This document shows, one piece after another, positions 9,982 to 17,700 of a DNA stretch of 64,000 nt (positions are counted from its first letter, which is position 1; every line of letters starts with the position of its first letter). Where the stretch lies: positions 34,112 to 98,111 of the forward strand of contig JBFMAK010000004.1 of the NCBI GenBank assembly GCA_040755695.1, written 5' to 3'. This DNA comes from Candidatus Iainarchaeum sp. (GTDB taxonomy: Archaea; Iainarchaeota; Iainarchaeia; Iainarchaeales; 1-14-0-10-31-34). The translations under genes were made by a program, and so were the position numbers. The notes under the pieces were generated by a model that saw only the letters and a program-made list of their open reading frames with translations, was not told where the DNA came from and made no database searches.

Positions 9982-10060
9982 TCTTTTTCCTTTTTGGGCA
10001 ACTTTCCCTTTCTTTTTTGGGATAACGTAACACTTTTTTCTTTCGGGAAAGAAAAAAGGG
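9982..10060 (-). repeat. Dispersed repeat family B, copy 3' of tRNA-Ser(TGA)
   Basis: Minus strand: CCC-TTTTTTCTTT-CCCG-AAAGAAAAAAG-TGTTACGTTATCCC-AAAAAAGAAAG-GGAAAGTTGCCC-AAAAAGGAAAAAG; same architecture as 10112-10184, 26778-26875 and 62629-62770. Confidence 0.75.
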
Positions 10061-10065
10061 TCCGA

Positions 10066-10222
10066 CGCGGAGGACGAGATTCGAACTCGCGTGAGCTTTT
10101 GCTCGCCAGCTTTCCTGCCGCCATTTTTTTCTCTTTGGGGCAACTTACCACTTTCTCTTTTTTCTAAAAAGAGAAAGGGGCAGGCTCAAGGCTGGTGCGT
10201 TGGACCACTCCGCCACCTCCGC
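10066..10222 (-). tRNA. tRNA-Ser(TGA) with a 73-nt intron at 37/38 (10112-10184)
   Basis: Acceptor GCGGAGG/CCTCCGC; CCAGC-CT-TGA-G|intron|A-GCTGG; canonical BHB (CTTG/CAGG central helix, two 3-nt bulges, CTGCC/GGCGG intron helix); long variable arm. Confidence 0.95.
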
Positions 10223-10367
10223 AAATCAGAAACTACGTTTCCGATACCTTCCTTGTATTACATTCGCTTGCGCTCAGTAATACTTATCAGAACCTTGCGG
10301 TTCCGATACCTTCCAACCGGTCCGTCAGTTGACGCCGGTGCACTACATTCGCTACGCTCAGTAGTGC
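10223..10367 (+). repeat. Mosaic array of hairpin modules (A-C-A-x-C) upstream of tRNA-Ser(TGA)
   Basis: Family A copies at 10224-10252 and 10286-10314; hairpins GTATTAC-attcgcttgcgctca-GTAATAC (10255-10283) and GCACTAC-attcgctacgctca-GTAGTGC (10340-10367). Confidence 0.85.
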
Positions 10368-10689
10368 TTCCACAGCTTTTGTGTGGTTATAGTTTTATTG
10401 CAGGAAAACATTTAATAAAAAAAGGTTTTAGTTTAAGAAAAATTAGAGCGAAGAATTGAGGAAGGGCAGACCAGGGATCTGCTGCAGCCTTTAAGGAAAA
10501 GGCCGGCGAAGAAAATGCTCCGCAGTGCAGTATGGCCTGCCTCCTTTAACTCCCAATACCCGATACTATCTTTTAAGAGCATTAATTTAAATATTTTTTT
10601 ATTTTATTTTTCAATCAATTGAATTAAACATAAAAAAAGGCTCTTTAAAGCAGAATATTTTTAAATTCAAGTTCAATAATAATTAAAGC

Positions 10690-12321
10690 ATGAAAGGAAA
10701 ATTCTGTTTAATTGCAGTTCTGGTTGTATTTGCTTTGCTTACTGCTGGATGCACTTTAAGCCCAGGCAAGCCTCCTGAAGAAAAGCCAGGGGAAACGCCC
10801 AGCCTTCTTACCCCGCCTTCAAGTGTTACAGCTGAAGTGAAAGGCAGTACTGCAAGGATTACCTGGAGCAAGAGCACTGAAACTGGGGTAAAAGGATACA
10901 ATGTGTTCAGGAGCCTTCTAAAAGGAAAGAATTACATGAAATTGACTGAAGAGCCTTTGGATGTAAACGAATTCACTGACAAGGAATTGGCTGAAGGCCT
11001 TACATACTATTATGCTGTAACAGTAGTTAACTCGCAGGGAACAGACAGTGAGTTCTCTCAGGAGGCAAGCGCCCTGGTTTTAGGGATTGAATTGATTATA
11101 GACAAAAATAACTCAATTTATGCGGGCTTATGCGAGGAAAAGGAAAGCCAGTTCAAGAAAGACTTGTGCTTGTCTAATTATGCAATAGAGCACTTGGATG
11201 GCCTTGTATGCAATTTCATTGAAGGCCTCTCAAAAGACAACTGCTTCAATGAAGTGGCAACAAAAAAGAATGAAGCAGCCTTCTGCGCTTTTATCACTGT
11301 GCTGAATCCTTCAATGAAAGATGCTTGTTACAAGACAATTGCAGTAGCATTGAATGACGCAAAGATTTGCCTGCAGATAAAAGATAAGACAGTTTCAGAT
11401 GAATGCACTAAAACAATAGCCTTAAGCCAGTCTTCGGCAACTGAATGCAATTCAATTGCAGGCGTCACAGAAAGGGATGACTGCTTTACCCAACTGGCGC
11501 AAAAACTCAAGGACTACAAGGTGTGCAATAATATTTCTTCTTCTCGCTCTTTCACTGCATTCAAGAAAGACGAATGCCTTAATTCCCTTCTATCAAGCGC
11601 AACAGACGAAAAGATATGCGCTTTATACATTGACAAAACCTTGGCAGACAACTGCTACAATTCAATTGCAGTCAATACAGGCAATTTCGATTTATGCGAA
11701 AAGATAGTCAGCGACTATAATTCCGATGTATGCGTCTTCAACGTAGACAAAAATGTCCTAAAATTAGAGTACTGCACCATAATAAAGGATGCAAACATAC
11801 AGCAGGACTGCTTTACATATTTAGGGGAGAAGAACCCTTCAATTGAGGCGTGCGAATTAATACTCAATTTCCCTGACAAGGAAACCTGCTACTATAATTT
11901 GGCAGTCAAAAACCTTTCATTCGAGCAATGCAAAAACATTGCGGCAGACATGAACAAAAGGGATTCATGCTACAGCCAGATTGCAGCAGACCTGAACCAG
12001 AGCAGTGCCTGCATTAGAATAAGAGACAACACAATAAGAAACAACTGCTATGCCTTAGTGGCATTGAATTCGCTTAGCCCTGAAGTGTGCGAAAAAATTA
12101 CTACTGGAACAGGATACATTTCATGCATTAGCGAAATAGCAATAAAATTAAAGGACTACAGTGTCTGCAAGCAGGTAACAAAAGACTATCCTGCCTTCAT
12201 TTACAACAGAACAGACTATTGTTATTATGATTTCGGCGTTGAATTGAAAAGCCATGACGCCTGCGCAAAAATATTCAATCCTGCATACAGGGTTGCATGC
12301 GACGGCAATGCCTCAATTTAA
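10690..12321 (+). CDS. Surface lipoprotein with a fibronectin type III domain and Cys-rich ~26-aa repeats
   Basis: LLTAGC lipobox; FN3 pattern (ITWSKS, KGYNVFRS, TYYYAVTVVN); periodic C-x13-C-x~11 repeats to the C-terminus. Confidence 0.85.
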   Translation: MKGKFCLIAVLVVFALLTAGCTLSPGKPPEEKPGETPSLLTPPSSVTAEVKGSTARITWSKSTETGVKGYNVFRSLLKGKNYMKLTEEPLDVNEFTDKELAEGLTYYYAVTVVNSQGTDSEFSQEASALVLGIELIIDKNNSIYAGLCEEKESQFKKDLCLSNYAIEHLDGLVCNFIEGLSKDNCFNEVATKKNEAAFCAFITVLNPSMKDACYKTIAVALNDAKICLQIKDKTVSDECTKTIALSQSSATECNSIAGVTERDDCFTQLAQKLKDYKVCNNISSSRSFTAFKKDECLNSLLSSATDEKICALYIDKTLADNCYNSIAVNTGNFDLCEKIVSDYNSDVCVFNVDKNVLKLEYCTIIKDANIQQDCFTYLGEKNPSIEACELILNFPDKETCYYNLAVKNLSFEQCKNIAADMNKRDSCYSQIAADLNQSSACIRIRDNTIRNNCYALVALNSLSPEVCEKITTGTGYISCISEIAIKLKDYSVCKQVTKDYPAFIYNRTDYCYYDFGVELKSHDACAKIFNPAYRVACDGNASI

Positions 12322-12350
12322 ATCAGAACCTTGCGGTTCCGATACCTCCC
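12321..12350 (+). repeat. Dispersed hairpin repeat family A, copy between convergent genes
   Basis: AATCAGAACCTTGCGGTTCCGATACCTCCC; the first 29 nt are identical to the 4905 copy. Confidence 0.92.
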
Positions 12351-12359
12351 TTTGGTGGT

Positions 12360-13025
12360 TCAAATACCTCCCTTAAAATTCGGATTCCTTAATTTACTGA
12401 TTGTTTCAATCAAATTCTTTGACTTGAAGATGGTTGAACCGCTCACAAGAATTGTTGCTCCCCCATCAATTACCTTGCGCGCATTCAATTCATTTATGCC
12501 ACCGTCAACCTCTAACTCAAAATTCAATCCCCTTTCTTCCTTCAATTCATTCAATTCCCTTATTTTCTGGATTGATTCCTCAAGGAATTTCTGGCCTCCA
12601 AAGCCTGCATTAACGCTCATAACCAGAACCATATCAACAGAATCAAGGAAAGCAAGAACTTCTTTCACTGGCGTTAAAGCATTCACTGCAATCCCTGCCT
12701 TAACATTATTTGATTTAATCAATTCAATTAATTCATCCTGCTTTTTTGTTGCCTCAACATGAAAGGAAAGGAATTCAGGCTTAAAAGAAAGAAATCTTTC
12801 AATCAGCTTTTCAGGCTCTGAAATCATCAAGTGAATATCCAAAGGCACTCTTGTCCTGCCGCAAATTGATTCAATTACAGGCAGGCCGAAAGAAATGTTT
12901 TGTACAAACAAACCGTCCATTACGTCCAAGTGCAGCAAGTCAGCTCCAGCCTCTTCCACCCTCTTGATTTCTTCTCCCAGCACAGAAAAATCAGCTGAAA
13001 GAATTGAAGGCGCAATTAAAACCAT
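12360..13025 (-). CDS. rpe: Ribulose-phosphate 3-epimerase
   Basis: IAPSILSADF, LHLDVMDGLFV, DIHLMI, MSVNAGFGGQKF and EVDGGIN. Confidence 0.97.
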   Translation of the reverse strand: MVLIAPSILSADFSVLGEEIKRVEEAGADLLHLDVMDGLFVQNISFGLPVIESICGRTRVPLDIHLMISEPEKLIERFLSFKPEFLSFHVEATKKQDELIELIKSNNVKAGIAVNALTPVKEVLAFLDSVDMVLVMSVNAGFGGQKFLEESIQKIRELNELKEERGLNFELEVDGGINELNARKVIDGGATILVSGSTIFKSKNLIETISKLRNPNFKGGI

Positions 13026-13031
13026 TTTTTA

Positions 13032-14021
13032 TTACCCCCAATGTTTAAGTCTCCTGAGAATTGCTCCCTTTCTTCTGTGATAAGTTATTCTCCGCGGACT
13101 TGATTTAGCCATGCTTTTTATTCGAGTTGAAACCACTTCACTCATTTTATTAAATTCTTCAAGTTTTCTTGTTTGCCCTGTCCTGACCATAAATTCTCTG
13201 ATTACTTTAACTGAATCATTAAATTGTTTCATCCTGCTTTCAACATGTTTTTGTATTGTCTGAATGGCTGGCTTTTCGTGCTCAAACCTCCTATTAGGAA
13301 TTGCAATACATTTAAATTTCAAGCCAAGTGCTAATGCCACAACAGGCCTTATGGGCTCTTTGCCCCACATGCCAAGAGAATCTTTTATTTCTTTTCTTGA
13401 ATTCTTAAAAATTTCTTTTATGAAAGAATTGATTTTATTATGTGCTTGAGGAGTCAAACAAATCATTCCCGAAAATGTCTGAAAAGAAAACGGATTGCTT
13501 AAAAAAGGATTTGCCTTAAATTTGCTTGGCTCAAAAGCAGGGTTTGCATAACTTGCAAACCTTGAAACCCATATTTCATTGAGATACTGCGGTTTAGGGA
13601 AACTTAAAATGTTTCTGTGCCTGAAAGCCCAGCCAGCAGTAACAAATTCTGCTTCCCTTTTCAGTACAGGCTTTATTAAACGGTCCAATTGTTTTGAAGA
13701 GTAAAGGAAATCATCACAGCAGGAAAGCATTGCAAAAACATTATTCCTTTCAGCTAACTCAAAGCCTCTATCTATTGCATCATTTAACCCCAAATTTTGT
13801 GCTCTTTCTAATGTAATTCTCTCTCCTGTTGCCTTAAGCCTTCTTCTAACTTTATCATTCAAGCCATTCTCTGAAGTGTCTTCAATAATGAAGCTGGGTT
13901 TGATACCAATTCTTTTCAGTGAAAGAGCAGCATTTTTTATGGTAGCTGGAAGTGTTTCAATAACATATTTCCTTCCAATGGTAGGAATTATCACCGCAAC
14001 AGTATTCTTCATTTTCTTCAA
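13032..14021 (-). CDS. Divergent GT2/GT-A-like protein with a basic C-terminal tail
   Basis: N-terminal AVIIPT, NLGLNDAIDRG and a CCDD (DxD-like) motif; otherwise divergent. Confidence 0.5.
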   Translation of the reverse strand: MKKMKNTVAVIIPTIGRKYVIETLPATIKNAALSLKRIGIKPSFIIEDTSENGLNDKVRRRLKATGERITLERAQNLGLNDAIDRGFELAERNNVFAMLSCCDDFLYSSKQLDRLIKPVLKREAEFVTAGWAFRHRNILSFPKPQYLNEIWVSRFASYANPAFEPSKFKANPFLSNPFSFQTFSGMICLTPQAHNKINSFIKEIFKNSRKEIKDSLGMWGKEPIRPVVALALGLKFKCIAIPNRRFEHEKPAIQTIQKHVESRMKQFNDSVKVIREFMVRTGQTRKLEEFNKMSEVVSTRIKSMAKSSPRRITYHRRKGAILRRLKHWG

Positions 14022-14077
14022 TTGAATTCACCCCTTTTTTTCATCCAACAAAAACTGTTATTCATCAGTTACCCTTG

Positions 14078-14151
14078 TGGACCGGTCGGGATTTGAACCC
14101 GAATTCTCTCGGATGCGAACCGAGCGCATTGCCAGGTTGTGCTACCGGCCC
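14078..14151 (-). tRNA. tRNA-Ala(CGC)
   Basis: Reverse complement GGGCCGG...CTCGG-TTCGCAT-CCGAG...TCGGG-TTCAAAT-CCCGA-CCGGTCC-A. Confidence 0.95.
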
Positions 14152-14203
14152 AAACAAATAATGAATTAATTATAAAAAAAAGGTTAAATTATAATGCATT
14201 GAG

Positions 14204-14632
14204 TCATTTTTCCTGCTTTTCTTTTTTTATGTGAAATAATATCATTATGCCTCTCGCGGCACCAGTAAGCCAGGGCTTTATGTGGAAGAATATTTTAACT
14301 AGCCTTGCAAGGCCTGTGAGCACTGGCTTGATTATAGCAAGAATGCCTACTGTCTTAACAAATATGAGATAGGGAATGAAAGAGAGAATGAGAAGCCAGT
14401 TTTCTTTCACAAATTCTTCTTTCCGTTTTGCCTTAAAATAATGATTGACTAAATCAACGCCCAAAATTATTACTGCAATAATGTCAATTACCTCAACCCA
14501 AAAAAGGCTTTCTTCAGAAATAGAGTGCCTGAAAAACAATTCAATAATTAAAGTAATAAAAATTACGAGTGTTGCATTGAACACTATTACCTTCCAGGTC
14601 TTGGCGTGCTGTTCAGGAATCATATAAACCAT
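14204..14632 (-). CDS. Stand-alone ion-transport (voltage-sensor-like S1-S4) membrane protein
   Basis: IDIIAVIILGVDLVNHYFKAKRKEEFVKENWLLILSFIP resembles the S2-S3 region of Ion_trans proteins; no pore loop. Confidence 0.55.
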   Translation of the reverse strand: MVYMIPEQHAKTWKVIVFNATLVIFITLIIELFFRHSISEESLFWVEVIDIIAVIILGVDLVNHYFKAKRKEEFVKENWLLILSFIPYLIFVKTVGILAIIKPVLTGLARLVKIFFHIKPWLTGAARGIMILFHIKKEKQEK

Positions 14633-14729
14633 AAATTAAAGGCATTTAAGTTAAAAAAACCTGCTGGAAAAAATCCAAAAAAGCAACAAATTAATATAAG
14701 TTTAACCTTAAGTTTTAAGAGTGAACTAA

Positions 14730-17700
14730 ATGAGCGAAGAAGAGGAAAAGCCAAGGGCTGAAAGCGGGGAAGAAAAGCACAGGGTGGAGAAGAGCATTGT
14801 GAAGGAAGACAACGACATATTTGATGAAGTGTTTGAGGGAAAAAAGGAAAAGAGGGTGGAGCAAAGAATTGAAGAGACTGAAGAAGAGGAAAAAGAAATG
14901 AATGAAAAGGAAGGAAAGGAATTAGGAGGGGAAGAGGAATTAATTCCAATTAAAGAAAAAAAGAAGAAAAAAGAAAAGGAAAAGAAGTTGAAGGGCGTTG
15001 AAGGCGCAAGGCAGGAAATGCTCCAAGAAAAAGAGAAAGACAAACTCAAGAGGGAGATAATAAAAAAGGCATTGAAGTCTGCAACAATAGAGCCAGAGAT
15101 AATGGAACCTGAAATTGAAGAAGTAGAATTAGAGCCTGAAGAGATAAGCCCTGAAGACATTGAAGGCCTGGGAGAAAAATACCTTAAAGAAGAATTAGGA
15201 GAAAAAGAAAGCGAAGTAGAATTAATTGAGCCTGCAACAGTGCCTTTAAGGTTTCTGGAGTATGAAGCAAAAAATTCTGTTTTCATTGGAAGAAAAAAAT
15301 CAGTCTTCCAGTCCTACAAGGACGAGGCAGGCCTCTTGATTGGGAGAGTGGAAGAAGACGGAAAACATAAAGAAAAAACAGTATTATTAGACGGACTGAA
15401 CCCTCACGTAATATTTGTTTGCGGCGCGAGAGGATCGGGAAAATGCCTTACAGGCGATTCACTGATAACATTAGAAGACGGATCAATTATACCTATAAAA
15501 GAATTAGAATACAACAACAAAAGGGTCTTGGGATTAAATCATGAACTAAAAATAGTTCCATTAAAAAAAGAGGGCTTTTACAAAAGAAAAGTAGACAAAT
15601 TGTTTTCTCTCCTGTTAAGGAGTGGAAGAGAAATAAAATTGACTCCAGAACACCCTCTCCTTACAATTAATGGGTGGGTGCAGGCACAAGAACTAAAAAG
15701 AAAAGACAGTATAGCAACTCCAAGAATTCTTAATGTGTTTGGAAACAGTAAAATGAAAGAAGGGGATGTAAAGCTTTTAGCTTATTTTATAGCAGAAGGC
15801 CATCTTGGAAATGCCTTTGTATTGTTTAGTAATCAAGACAAAAAAATAATTGAAGATTTCTCTAAAAGCATAAGGGAATTTGACGAAAACCTGAGGATCG
15901 AAGTGCACAGCAAAAGCTGGTGCTATAGAATAGCACAAAAAAAGAAAGGCATTGATTTAAGAAATATTGTAAGAAATGAAAAAGGGCAGTTTACAAACAA
16001 GGGTTTTGTCATTACACAAAAAAGCTCTCTGGCTAAATGGTTTGAAAGCATTGGCTTATACGGAAAGCTTTCAAAAGAGAAATTTATTCCGGAAGAAATA
16101 TTAAAGCTTTCAAAAGAACAACTGGCCTTATTTCTTAACAGGCTTTTCAGCTGTGATGGAAGCATTCACAAGGTAAGCGGAAGCGAAAAAAACTGGCTGA
16201 TTTCTTATGCTAGTTCCTCAGAGAAACTAATAAGGCAAGTGCAACACCTTCTGCTTAGATTTGGGATAATCTCAAAGATTAAACCAAAAAAAACAAAATT
16301 TAAAGAGAAAATATTTGATTCTTTTGAATTGGTTATTTCATCTGAAAGCGTAATCAAATTCATTCAAGAAATAGGCTTTTTTGGAATAAAAGAATTAAGA
16401 CAAGAAACTGCAATAAAAAACATGCTTGAAATTAACAGAAACCCCAACATAGATACAATTCCAAAAGACATTTGGGATATTTATAGGCCAAAGAATTGGA
16501 CGGCAACAGCCAGAGCTATGGGTTACAGCCAAAAGTCATTAAAGTCATTGCATAATGCCATAAATTATGCTCCTTCAAGAGAAAAGCTATTGAAAATTGC
16601 CCAAATAGATGAAAATAAGGGAGTACAACTGATAGCAGAATCAGACATTTTTTGGGATGAGGTAGTTGAATTAAAAGAAATAGAAGGGGAAGAAGTGTAT
16701 GATATTTCTGTCCCAGAATACCACAATTTTATTGCAAACGATATAATTGTTCATAATTCTTACGTCCTTGGAGTCATAGCAGAGGAACTGGCTCTAAGAA
16801 ACAAGAACATTGGCACAATAGTAATTGACCCTGTGGGAGTATTCTGGAGCATGAGGTATCCAAACAAAGAGGAAAAAGAATTAAAGGAATTAATTGAATG
16901 GAATTTAATGCCTCAAGGCCTGGAGAACTTAAAGGTATTCGTGCCAGAAGGCATTAAAGCAGAAATTCCAAGGAATACTTACGATGCAACATTTGCAGTA
17001 CTGCCTTCAATGCTTTCAGTGGAAGACTGGTGCCTTACGTTTGGAATGGAGCGCTTTGGGCCGACAGGCCTTCTGTTAGACAAAGTACTCAAAAAAATAG
17101 AGCATGGTTATAAGACAACAGAAGCAAAATACATTAAAGCAAAGAAAGGAAACTACAGCTTGGAGGAATTGATTCAATGCCTTGAAACAGAAGAAGAATT
17201 AAATTCAAAAGAGAGAGGCTACAAGCAAGATTCCATCAGGGCTCTGGCTTCAAGGCTTGAAGCAGCAAAGAACTGGGGCATATTCTCAGAGAAAGGCACT
17301 CCATTAAGCGAATTAAGCAGGGAAAACCAGCTTACTGTTTTAGACACAAGCTTTTTAGAGGACAATGTCGGGGCATTAGTAATAGGGATTCTGGCTAGAA
17401 GAATCCTTTCAGCAAGAAAGATTTCTACAAGAAAAGAGAGCGCAAAAAAATTGAAGGCAAGCATGGACGAAATGCTTGAACTGGAGATTCCTCCAACATG
17501 GCTGTTCATAGATGAAGCCCACACTTTAATTCCCTCAGGGAATGTAAAAACGCCTGCAACAGAGGCTTTAGTGGAATACGTAAAGCAGGGAAGGAGGCCT
17601 GGCTGCAGCATTGTTTTTGCAACACAGCAGCCCAGCGCAATAGACACAAAGGTTTTATCCCAATTGGATATTCTTATTTCGCATAAACTGGTTTTTGACG

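Noticed and set aside
10460-10544. SRP RNA or 5S rRNA identity for the structured intergenic islands (also 50744-50870)
   Set aside because: The SRP helix-8 (CAGG-GNRA-AGCA) and 5S conserved motifs are absent.
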